From assembly GCF_006345805.1 (NCBI RefSeq), contig NC_043009.1:25420001-25484000 (forward strand): a stretch of 64,000 nt of DNA, in the 5' to 3' direction. Position numbers and translations under genes: made by a program. Below, one piece after another: positions 1 to 11,700 of this stretch. The DNA comes from Octopus sinensis (taxonomy: Eukaryota). A model generated the notes under the pieces. That model saw nothing but the letters and a program-made list of their open reading frames with translations. It had not been told where the DNA came from and did not search any database. Position 1 is the first letter of the stretch. Each line of letters opens with the position of its first letter.

Positions 1-178
1 TAGCTATTCACATAGTTTTGAATTAATGAATTGTGTCATAGCTTTTAGATTTGGATGATGTTCTTATCTATTTTTAGAATGGTAGGGTAGGTGTGAGATG
101 TTAGATCAGGCCAGTTTGAACATAAAGCAGGAAGCAAATTTCAGTCGGATATGGCTCCTTCAAATGCTAATGGGTTAA
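1..178. mobile_element. piggyBac-like MITE family 1, copy cut by the window edge
   Basis: Ends in aatgctaatgggttaa and is colinear with the copies at 278-502, 1451-1665 and 3425-3642. Confidence 0.75.
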
Positions 179-277
179 GTAGAATGGAAAACTGGCAGAA
201 AAATCAGACCAAATGTATTGCCCTTCCATCATTAAGGAAATGAATGGAAACGGTAGTAGTAAAATATTGCAGTTGCT

Positions 278-502
278 TTAACCCATTACCATTCAGATTA
301 TTTAATCAAATGTAATGCTTAGATATTCTCCATCTGGAATTAATCATGCATTAACTTTTAGGAGTGAGATTTTGATGATGTGATTGTTTATTTTTAGAAT
401 AACATTTTAGGGTAGGTGTGAGAAGCTGCATTTGGCCACTTTGAAAATAAAACAGGTAGAATATCTTGGGTTGGAAATGGTGTTTAAATGCTAAACGGTT
501 AA
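278..502. mobile_element. piggyBac-like MITE family 1, full copy
   Basis: TTAAccc...aatgctaaacggTTAA. TTAA at both ends with CCC/GGG-type termini, ~225 bp, non-coding. Confidence 0.75.
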
Positions 503-1450
503 TATTTTATAACTAAACAAGCAAGCATGTGCATTTTCTGCAATGATTTGATAAGCGGTGCCAAGTTTTACAATTCTGTAAATAATAATGTTTTTTTTAC
601 AAATGACTTAAGATAGTCTAATGTTGGGGCATATTAACTACTTACATTTGATGAAATGTGGCTGTATAACAATGAAAATATTATTTAAATAGAAAAGGGT
701 TTAGATCATATAGCTGACTGCAGTACCAAAAATTTTTTCAAAGTTGAGTCTGTTTTTCAGGTGTTGTACTAAAACAAAGAGCAACAAGACTGCCTATCCC
801 AGTTTTGTTTTTCTCTCATGCAAAACTTAAAAGGCTAATGATGTCCCATGAACCAGGATGTTACAAAAGGAAGACCCTCCCACCCACACATAGGTGTACA
901 TTACACACTTGGAAAAGGATGAGGTTATAGAAGACAATGGGACTGAAGCTGGAGCCATGTAGATGGGAAGCAAGCTCCTTATCACACAGCCACTCCTGCA
1001 CTTATATATAGATATATATCTCAATCATTCAAGGCAGTGCCACAGTATGAGCACAATCCAATGACTGAAACAAGATAGGTTATCACTGGGATTTGAAATC
1101 AGAAGTCAAAATCTAAACCTGTTACCAGTTGTCAATGAAAAAAAAATTTTTTTTTCTTTAATAGCTCTCTTACTAATCATGGAGGTCAGTGAAACTATCC
1201 AAAAGACAATACAGCAATTATTTCACTGATATTAAAAGTGTTTCAAGACATTTGTTTTAATAGCCTTGGCCTCTATCATCATTCTTTTAACATCTATTTC
1301 CCCATGTTTGCATGGGTCAGATGGAATTCTTTGAAGTAAATTATCAAGTCATCACTTCTTTCCAAACTAGGTAATATTTCCTTATGGTTGGGCATGCTGT
1401 CACAGAAAATTGGAAACAAATTACACCACTTGTATAATGGTAATACTCAC

Positions 1451-1665
1451 TTAACCTTTTTAGCATTCCGATTATTCTGTTAAAAGTAATGCTTATGTAT
1501 TCACACCATTTTGAATCAACCATGCATGGACTTATAGCAGTGAGAGTTAGATGATGTGGTTGTTTATTCTTAGAAAAACATTGTAGGGTAAGCATGAGAG
1601 GTCACATGCGACTAGCTTGAATTTAAAAACAAGCAGAATATTTTAGCCCGATATAGCTGGTTTAA
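1451..1665. mobile_element. piggyBac-like MITE family 1 copy, right end eroded
   Basis: Starts ttaacctttttagcattccgattattctgttaaaagtaatgc and aligns by eye to the 278-502 copy. Confidence 0.7.
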
Positions 1666-2519
1666 ACAACAAGCACATGACATCAAGATAAAGAGTCACA
1701 TGTGCACACACACACACACACACACACCCAAATGGGCTTTTAGTTTCCATCACCAAATCCACTTACAGGGCTTGTGTAGGTCTTATAAGACCTAAACGCC
1801 TTTCCTAATACCAATCATTTTATAGCATGTACTGGTGTTTCTTTGTGCTAGCAGCACTAGCAAGTTACCATACAGCTTGCAAGAACAAGAACTCTTACGG
1901 TGCCTAGCCTTTACATACATGTACACATACACACTATATAATCACATGTGAGCATCTTTGGTGATATAAAAGAAAGACCATCTACAATGTGCTACTCCTA
2001 AAATAAATTTCATCAGTTCTGCTGTGAATAGAAATGTTTCTTATCCAACTAAAAATAAACAGCAAGCAAGCTATGAAAATATATGCAAGAACAGACATTT
2101 AAATAGGTTTGAGAGCAGAAATTGCTTTCCAATGCACAAATCGAAAAGGATCAGTTTTCCATCGAATATGTATTTAGAACAAAGGTTATCCTATACAGAG
2201 CACAAAACGAACAGCCTTGTCAGGCAGCAAATGAACATATGCTGGCATGCAGGAATAACCCCTTGCACAGATAAAGATGAAAGCTTGCTTCGTACAGTCA
2301 TGAGCCCTGCTACAACTCCCTATTCAAAACCATTCCTGAAGGCACAGATGAGGGAGGGTGAAGGAGAAGCAAAGAAAACACAAAAAAAAAAAAAACAGTA
2401 CATCCTGTAAAATGGTTGGCATTAAGATGAGGACCAGTAGTAGAAACCATGGCAAAACAGACAATTGCAACCTGGTGCAGCTCTCCAGCTTCCATCAAAT
2501 CCACACCAGCATGGAAAAC

Positions 2520-2960
2520 AAGTTAAATGACTGAATAACAATTCAGAAGATAAGAGGATGGTATAATGAGTTTCAGAGAAGAAAAGCTATTACGACTAAC
2601 AGAAACAAAGCATTTGGAAAGAGAAGCAGGTGACATCCTAAAGGTTTTGATAGAAGGAATAAAAATGCAAGAGATACCAACTTAAAATGCTGGATTAATC
2701 CATATAATGCCCATAAAAAAAAATCTAAGCTTTTGCAATCTGGAAGAGGACAGTCTGCAACTGTTAGCTATGGGTGTTGACTGCCTACTGAATATTTCGT
2801 ATGCTCAGTCAAAATGCTTGCCGGTGAGTTTATATCTAGACAAGTAGGAGCAGGTTTTGCATTGCAAAAACACAGCCAGAGGTGTATATATGGGTTAACA
2901 AGATTTGTACAGAGAAAGAATTTAATACAATGTTTGTTATTGAAGATATGTTTGATAAAA
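2520..2960 (+). mobile_element. Heavily decayed L1/Tx1-like ORF2 3' fragment (tentative)
   Basis: Frameshifted translation gives ...KCKRYQLKML... and FCNLEEDSLQLL...C, resembling the CxxC-x-E(T/S)xxH-C knuckle region. Many stops. Confidence 0.35.
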
Positions 2961-3424
2961 ACTCCCATGTTGATGAAAAATATCACAATATATAGAAAAA
3001 AAATTATAATTTTAAGAGAAATAAAGAGCAGAGACTATGCATGAATTTGAAAAGAGATTTTTAAACTTAGCCAATTAACTACTTCCTAGAGTGAGATCAT
3101 CATCATCATCATCATCATATTCACACAAACTCACAAACACCTGACACTCATGACTTTACAATTTTATATTCAACTGTGTGAAAAGATATTTGGGTTAAAA
3201 AAAATTTATGAAGTGTCCATTTCAGCTGGGAATAAATATAATCAAGTAGCTTTCAATAATAGTAGAATGGAGTAACTGAAAGTATAGTCCTCTAGAGTAT
3301 GGGTGGACTAGTGGGAGCTCCCTGGAAATAGCCAACAGCTTTTATTTACTCAGACAGCAGAAAAAGGAGACATTCTGAAATGACAGTTGTTAGAGTTAAG
3401 AAGAAAAAAAGAGGGGGGGGGGTT

Positions 3425-3642
3425 TTAACCCTTTGGTATTCAAATTATTCTGTTAAATGTAATGCGTTTTCACTCAAATTGTTTTGAATTAATCATACAT
3501 TATCTCATAGCTTTGAAATCTCAATGATGTGAATATTTATTTTTAGAATGTCAATGTAGGTTAAGTGTGAGAGGCTAGATATGGCTAGTTCAAATATAAA
3601 ACATGTAGAATATTTGGGCCGGTTTAAACACTAAAGGTTTAA
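3425..3642. mobile_element. piggyBac-like MITE family 1 copy
   Basis: ttaaccctttggtattc...ctaaaggtttaa with the same internal sequence. Confidence 0.75.
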
Positions 3643-3694
3643 AAAAAAAATTTCAATGAGCTATTAGTTCTGCTAGCAAGAGGGAGACTATCTC

Positions 3695-4030
3695 ACCAAG
3701 TGAAGGGTAGATTTTTATGATGCTTGTTTATGAAGTGTGATACTGCATCGTAGCAAAAAGAGACATTGTTGGATGCAGAAATGTGAAAAGCTAGAAAGAA
3801 TGGAGCTGAATGTGTGCCTGTTACAAGAAGTGTAATGTGTGAATTCATGAAAGTGCTCGAGAGTGAAACTGGGAGTAAGCTAAATTTGCTGTCTTGTGAT
3901 GCTTTCGGAGGATGAAGTTTGGTTAAAGTGTCGAAGTGACGCAAATCGGAGGAACCAGCAGAAGAGTAAGAAATGGTAAAAAGCTGATCTCGGGGTTTGG
4001 AACACCATGAAGAAAATGAGTGACCACAAC
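3695..4030 (+). mobile_element. Decayed RTE-clade LINE ORF 3' fragment
   Basis: agtgaagggtagatttttatgatgcttgtttatgaagtgtgatactgcat corresponds to VKGR-YDAC--SV-LH and aligns with the better-preserved copy at 46351. Confidence 0.65.
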
Positions 4031-5299
4031 ATGATATATATATATATATAATTAGACATGTTAAACAAATACAAGCAGATGTTAAGTGGATTTCAGTCAA
4101 GGTTAGTTTGCTGCACCCAATCATTTCTCATGCTCATGTCTATTTTCCTTGCTAATATGAGCTTGGAGATTTATCTTAAACATGATTTCTATGGCTGGAT
4201 GCTTTTCCTGTTGCCAAACCTTAACTATTTTTTTTTCTAATTAAGGGATGTCTATTCCATGTCTTCAAAAGTACAGAGCAATTGGACCTAATGCAAACAT
4301 CAACATTAATCCACATGGAATACACAAACATTGATATAAATTTGCACGCGTGCGCACACACAATGGGCTTTTTGCAGTTTCTGTCAACTAAATTCCCTCA
4401 CATGGTATTAGCTAACCTGGGGATAGATTACAAGATGCTTACGCAAGATGCCATAATATAGAACTGAACCCAGAATCAAGTGGCTGTAAAAGTCAACTGC
4501 ATGGCCAACCACTATCTTTAAACTATTGATTGTGAAAGGATTCAAGCTGAAAAGTGTGCGTGTGTAGTTCATGTCATAATTTAGACACTTAAGTGGATGC
4601 AAAATAACTTTCTATCTGTAGGACTCAAAGCCCAACGCTATAAATAATGTAAATATTGGGTTGAAGAGCTCTTTGGATAGAGAGCATTGGTAGCATTTGG
4701 TTTTCAATCCATAAGAGTTAACTCAATGTTTACCGCTGTTATTTATGGCTTTATCGATTTTGAGTTCTACAGATAAAAACAAAAAAAAAAATTGGATAAA
4801 TAAGTGTAATAAAATTATTTCCTCTCCAAGAGGGAGAATCATTTTTAAGTACAACACTTCACCATGAAAAGACTTGTTTAATTAAAATTATAATCAACAA
4901 CATATTGGTATGAAGAACATGACCACAAGCAGGAAAAATGTTTATTTGTTACATGGAAAAAAACCCAAAAAATAGACAATAACATTGAATCACAAGAATA
5001 CATATGAGAAAGAGGAAGAACGTGTATTCTCATACAAGAACTTCACCAATCTATGGTAATCAACATCACCAATCTCAAAGATTGGTTTGGAAAAAAAAAA
5101 AAAAATTTTGTTTCCTTTATTAAACCAACAGGCTAAGTTGGGGGCTAAGAACAACCTACCTATATGGAATGTCCAGAGCGAAAATTTTTAAAGTGATTCA
5201 ACAAATTTTTTTTCTCTTGTCTTCATAATTTCATTCAACAGGTAAAATGTTTCCAGGTAATTTTGGAAAGCATCTTACAAAAATAGAAGGATTAAAAAA

Positions 5300-5395
5300 A
5301 AAAAACCAACAAACATAAAAACAAAACAACACTTCATATGTATATGTCAACATACTTTAAAACTATACTGGGACCTGCAAGTGTTACATTTTATT
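5300..5395 (-). terminator. Putative polyadenylation signal of ATP6V0C (AATAAA plus GU/U-rich downstream element), implying a ~1.1-kb 3'UTR
   Basis: Minus-strand AATAAA at 5390-5395 is followed by GTTGTTTTGTTTTTATGTTTGTTGG at ~5300-5330. Other AATAAA hexamers exist (e.g. 6246-6251), so actual site usage is inferred. Confidence 0.5.
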
Positions 5396-6491
5396 CAACA
5401 TACACCTGGTACCGTTTTCTGGAAATAAGTCTGGTATACATATGGCTCTATGTGGGCTAAATGACCGTTTCTGCATCTGTAGGAAACGTGAGCGAGCAGA
5501 AGGAGGAGAAAGAAGAGGAGCTGGAGGAAGAATGGCACAACAATACTGGTAACAGCCCTTTGCAAGCTATAAGGGGAATGGGGTGGGATGGCTGCAAGCC
5601 TTAGAGACTTCAAGAAAGAAAATGGGGATTAGGGGAAAAAAAAAAGGAGAGAGAAAGTGATGTTGGTGGCAAAAACAACAACAACAAGACCACCAAAGGA
5701 AAATTATGGAATAATTAATGGAATAGGTCATTGATGAATGACAACTAGGAATCAAGCCTCAACACCACTACCTCCTCCTCCTCCTCCACTACCACCACCA
5801 CCATCCACATCAACCTCCTTACAGCCCAACACAATTACAGAATGCAATATACAATTATTTTGTCCACAACTATTAGACTTTCTACAGCATTAAATGGTCA
5901 ACCTCTAATATTTCAGGAAGAAAAAAAAAAGGGGGAGGAGAAGTGGAGGAAAAAAAAAAGACCAGTAAATTTTTTAAATATACAAGGAAAGACCCATACA
6001 CGCCCACATGCATGCACACAGACATTCATGTATGTATATGTATGTAAATAATACACTTTTTTTTTGTTTCTTTTTGCACACAAGTCACTTTAAAAAATTC
6101 CTGATCTATCACATCTGACACAATGAGCCTTAAGATTTGTTTAATGAGTACGGTGGAAGGAGTAGTAAGTGTCTTTACAACATTCAAACTGTACACCTGT
6201 ATTTGCCTACACAGCCAGCATATAACAACTCTTCATTCAAAATAGTTTATTTCTGCCTGCTTTATCCTCATTATCGATCATCCAGTTTCCACCTGGCGAT
6301 GACACCAAGGTAGAAATAATGAAATTAGACATTCAATTAGAACTTTTTTTTTGGTATTTTTTTCTTTTTTTTAAATTAGAGTTTTCTATTTCCTTTCCTT
6401 CAGATTATTACTGTTTCCACCGTACCCTCTAAATTATTTTAAAATTTTCTTTATTTTTTTGTCTTCTTTTAACAGCAACCATTAGCAAGCC

Positions 6492-6699
6492 TCATTCACG
6501 TGTTGAAAGAATCAACGCAACAATCAATCCGTAGAGTCCCAATACTTCAGCAAAAATGAGAATAAGAATCATTCCGACAAACAACCTGGGTTGTTGAGCT
6601 GTTCCTCGCACGCCAGCATCTCCAACTATGCCAATAGCAAACCCAGCAGCTAATCCACTCAAACCGACACTTAGACCAGCACCTAAATGAACAAAAGCC
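6492..6699 (-). CDS. ATP6V0C: V-ATPase c subunit, terminal coding exon 3
   Basis: Acceptor tcgtttttcag, 208 nt. Encodes [68 protein letters not shown]-stop. Spliced CDS is 76+184+208=468 nt (155 aa), with the proton-carrying Glu (E138, IFAEVL) intact. Confidence 0.98.
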
Positions 6700-8602
6700 C
6701 TGAAAAACGAAAGAACAAAAAAAATGTTAAAAAAAATTTACACTTACACCACCAAAATCTTTTAAATGTGTCATATTGCAAGAAATGATTTTACAGAAAG
6801 GAAAAGAAAAAAAGAAAAACATTTGCCACTGTCTGAGATAACATTCAAAACCATGTCCAAAATTGTGAAAGAAAAAGCTTCGGTTTTAGTGTGAAGCTCT
6901 GATAATATTTCCATAAGCAAAATGGGAACGTCTATCACCTGACCTGTTTGAGAGCTGACTATATTAAAATGGCAGTGTGTGCATGTGCAAATGTGTGTAT
7001 GAGTGTGCGCATACGCAAATGTGTGTATGAGTGTGCCCGTACGTAAATGTGTACGAGTGCGTGCAAATATGTGCATGCTAGCAAGCGTATATTCAAGCAT
7101 GCGTGTGTGTGAGTGCAAATGTGTATGCGAGCGTGCATGCATGAGTGCTTGTAAATGTGTGTGTGCAAAACATTTTGTCAGTGGATGAAAAGACTAATCC
7201 CACCAGTTTCCTATCCTCACCAAGTAGGCTGGTCAGCCAGAGTATTTTGCATAAGAAAGCTTAAACAAACAAAGAAACTATTCAAATGTGTTATATGCTA
7301 ATTTATTCTGAAACAGGGTAAGCTGAATTGGCTTTTGTTTATCAAAAATGGAAACAGCTCAGATTCATGTGACTTAGTGAAATAAAATTATCTGTTACAG
7401 CAGCCTTACGAACCAGAAGCAACATATGTAACAGGTCTCTAAGAATATAAAACTAGGACTACAACTTTGACCCACTAAGAATTGAATTCTGTCACTGCTC
7501 CGAAGTCCATATTTGTAATGTAACCCTATTCTCAAGAGCAAGGATAAAATACCAGATGCTCTTGTAATGGTTTTTTTTTAAAGCTAAAACTGTTCTGCTT
7601 AGTTATCTTAAATAGCAAATAGGTACAAGCTCTGCAAATGGCAGTGTAGCCCACCCACAATTCAGTATATTTTCTTTTGGCAAATTAGATGACTGCATTA
7701 GCCATTTTATTACCATATTTGTTGATATACAATGCTTTTGTTTCACTTTCTAAAAATATCAAAAGGTTTAATAAAGTAACCTCATCAAATTTTGATGGAA
7801 GATTTTAATTTAAGTTACTTGCATCAAAGATTCAAGGGTTGCCTGATGAGCAATTGTGGGCTGTTCATGACTGACCTTAACGATAAACCTCAAATGGTAT
7901 TTACACTGTCTCTAAATAAGTGAAAACAGAAGATTGGTGCTAAAGTCATGAACCCAAATTCTGAAAGAGCTAAGCATTTTTTTGATAATGGTTTAATGAA
8001 AAACAGCAGCAGCACATTACAAGATGTGCCTGATTCAGAGAGACCCTTTGGGCTGGTGACAAGTTATTCTTAGACAGGAAGTCTAATCTCAATGTTTGCA
8101 ACAATGCTATCCTCAAGAATTACTTAGTTTACATTAATCAGCCTTGATGGTTAAAATAGTTAATCTTTTTGATGCCAACCAACCCAAGGCTACCTATGTG
8201 TCTCTGATACAAATTTCCTGTTTTAAAACAATGTACATTAAAGCTTTCCATTGAACTTCCATGTTAATTTAGGTTCTAAATATCAGTTTTATAACGACAG
8301 TTTATTTACTAAATTCTTCATTACTTTCAAGATTAAGTGAAATGTAAGCTGTGTATTTTAACAAATATGGTAACAAAAGGATTAAAAAAAAAAGAAAAAA
8401 GATTTTCGCCTCAAATACAATGCAAACACACCAGCAATTAGTGAAAACAATTACAGAAGAATGATAATTTTGGATTACTAACTTTTCCCTTGCTAGAAAT
8501 TTAGAAAACCAAAGATAAAATCTAAGGGTAGTTGTGGTATATGTCTTTGCAATAATTTTCAATACAACAAACTATAAGGAAAAGAGAAAATAAAAAACTT
8601 AC

Positions 8603-8786
8603 TTGAACAGCTTGTAGCCCTGTTTGATATTGTTAGCAATAAGGACAGCCACAACCAAACCATAAATGGCAAGGATACCAGCCATGACAACTGGAATGAT
8701 GGATTTCATAATCAACTCTGGACGCATGACAGACATGGCTGCAATACCTGTGCCGGACTTGGCTGTGCCATAGGCAGCACCAAGTG
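8603..8786 (-). CDS. ATP6V0C: V-ATPase c subunit, coding exon 2
   Basis: Acceptor ccttctacag, donor AA|gtaag, 184 nt (phase 1 in, phase 2 out). Encodes [61 protein letters not shown](K). Confidence 0.98.
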
Positions 8787-11700
8787 CTGTAGAAGGAAAA
8801 TAAAAAAAATTGTTAAAACAAGTGAAAATTACCTGTCAACACAAAATAAAGCTTGCTGTAAGCCAATAAAATACCCTTAAACCACAAATTAGTAATGTAT
8901 TATATATTCACTAAATGAAATAAAGAAAACAACATCATTTAGATTTGAAATTTGATATGCGACATCAGATCCAACTGTTGCAGAAATTCTAATCAATTCA
9001 TCTTGAAGATTATGGATGATAATTTCAAAATCAATCCCAAAAGAAACGAAAAAGTAAAGAAATAAAATTGAAATACATTAATTAAAAGACAGAATTAGGT
9101 TGCAGAAAATTTTATCTTTCAATAAGAAAGCTAATGGCTTTGTTAAGGCATTGATTAACAGCAGGGAGATTTAAAAAAAAACAAGGTTGAAAATGGTAAT
9201 GGGAAGAGACCTGACATTTAAGGAGAGGTGTTAGCATGAGGTATTTGAAATGATTGAAAAACCATAACAGTTGCAAATATTAATTTTTTTTTTTTAATGT
9301 GACCCTTTCAAATTTGACGATATTGAGGGCCAATGTTAAGAATGCTTTTTTTTTCTTTTTATAAAGTTTCAGCAATCACTTAAGTACAAAGAATCCTTCA
9401 ACCCAGCTTACCAAGAAATTGAACTCAACGATCAAAATAACTGATTACCAGCAACAAATCAGGTTTAAAATGAGAACAATTTATTAATATTCTATAAGAC
9501 AATTTAAACAGTTATCATAACATGTAGGTTTTGTCATTAATTATATATAACATTTTGTCTAACATAATTCTGGTATCAAAAAAGTTTTAAAACAACGTAT
9601 AAAAAAAAAGGTTAAGATACTGTAAAAGTTGAGCCACCAATTTAGAGTCAAATCTTGATATGAATTGTACCTGCTCCCCATATCTAAACTTGATATAAGC
9701 TCTGTCCTAAGTCACACTCTCTGCTTTCTTTTCTTCGGAAAAAACCCAAGTATAAAATAATGCGACTCAAGTAAATATACTGATTTTTAAATGTAACTGC
9801 GTTCCAGTGAAAGGGGTAGCACAATTCGGTTTTTATAAAAACCGCCAAGATTTGATCGACCAAACTCTAGTATCAAATTAACAATATCAACAATCAGATC
9901 AAATACAATATATAAACAGTCTTCATGTAACCACTATTCATTAAAAAATTTTTAAATGCGGAAGAAACCCGCGAAAAAGCTACTTAAAAGTTTCATCATA
10001 TTAAAAAGCTTACAATCACGTGATTGCAAGCTTTTTAATATGTACGTGTGGATTCACTATCACACAACGGGAATTCCCATAAAAATATTGAAAACTTCAG
10101 CTCAGCTTAATCATTTAATAATCAACTAAACTTATTTCACAAGAATGAGCCGAAACGTAGATCTAAACACCAAGTTAACCCTATAATCAAATGACGTTCC
10201 GACCGTGACCGTCAACTTTTATTCAGACAACTATACAAACTCCATCTATATTGTCCCATATGTGCTTCCCTTTAAGAAAATGCAGTGTGAATTGGCTGCA
10301 ATTTCTAGCAAATTACTCGACCACAGAAACACCTCCGCCTGCAAGTCGCCGAATTAGCTGAGCTGTAGTGACGTGGGGAGGGGGAATATAAAGAAAAGCA
10401 ACCATTTAAATTTTTAATTGTCAATTACGATTCTTTATCAATTACAAAATAAAAAAACAATGGGGAATGAAAAGGGAAACGGGCGAGACACTTGCAGCCA
10501 AATAACTATTTTTAACAATTTCCAAATTTACGACTTATTAAAAGCGACAAGCTGGCAGAATCGTTGGCGTATCGGATAAAAGTGTTTAGCGGTATTTTTT
10601 ACAGTTCTCGACGTTCCGAGTTCAAATCGTGCTGTAGTCGACTTTTGCCTTTCATCCTTTCAAAGTCGATAAAATAAAGTACCAGAGAAGCTTTGGGGGT
10701 CAATGTAACCGACTCGCCCTCTACTTCCCTCCTTCCACTCAAAAATGTTGTCTTTGTGCCAAAATTTGAAAGTTATTGCGTTCCAACTATTTGTTCGCAA
10801 TATTATAAGTGTGTGTAATTTATCCCGGAACTTGATCAATGCTAATGTAAATATATAACAGTAAAATTTAATAGACATAATTTGCTGTTATAATTTTTTC
10901 AGATTCTAGTAAATTATCTATGAAAAAAAAAATTGAAACCAAACCCATATTTGATTTAAATAAATATTTGCAAGTTAACCTACTGAAACTACTTTAAACA
11001 AAATGTGAAGAATAAAAGGTTCAAAGTTGAACAAATTATAATAAGAACGACAACAGCCTAACGAAGAACAACGAATATAAACAGTGAAACATTGTGAACA
11101 CAATTTTAATTTCCATAAATTACAGGTAGAATTATTAGTTAAATGAGAGAGAGGAATCAATAGCTGACCCCATAGAACAGAAAGAGCCCACGCTGTTATT
11201 AATAGAAAGAAAATCGTATCATGTACATCGGGGGTCCAAAACCACAGGGCAGCACAGAAAGAATACATTTAAAATTTTTATTTCTGTGTTATTTATTGAC
11301 TAAAGCAATGATGTATTATATACGCAATATTTATTTATCATATATGTAATAACTAAATTTATATCATTTATTTACTTGGTGTTTTGTTATACGCGTGATT
11401 GCCCCTGTCCGTGGTATAGAAAAGGTTGGGGACCGCTGACAAGAGATTGTGAGAAGACCCTCAACGGAACGACAGGTTCTAAGAATCTTTCCTGCTTGTG
11501 ACACGTCTGCATAATGTATTTCGCCATTAATACCCTAACTTCCAAGCAAAAATAAGGGTCAATTATCAAAACAGAGTTAATCTTTACTGACACCCCACCT
11601 ACTGTTACGTAATATATGCAGAACCTTCCTCGGCAAAAAACACTGAATTTTTCTTTTCTTTCAAGTTTTTATTTCGATATATTTATACACCCTGCCTTTT

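Noticed and set aside
5395-5613. 72-aa ORF with a hydrophobic stretch ending just before AATAAA
   Set aside because: It lies in the predicted ATP6V0C 3'UTR, the hydrophobic run comes from a (CTT/CTC)-rich tract, and I recognise no homology.
8665-8680. GILAIYG instead of the usual GIIAIYG in helix 2 of subunit c
   Set aside because: A conservative Ile-to-Leu change with the catalytic Glu intact; no basis to claim a functional novelty.
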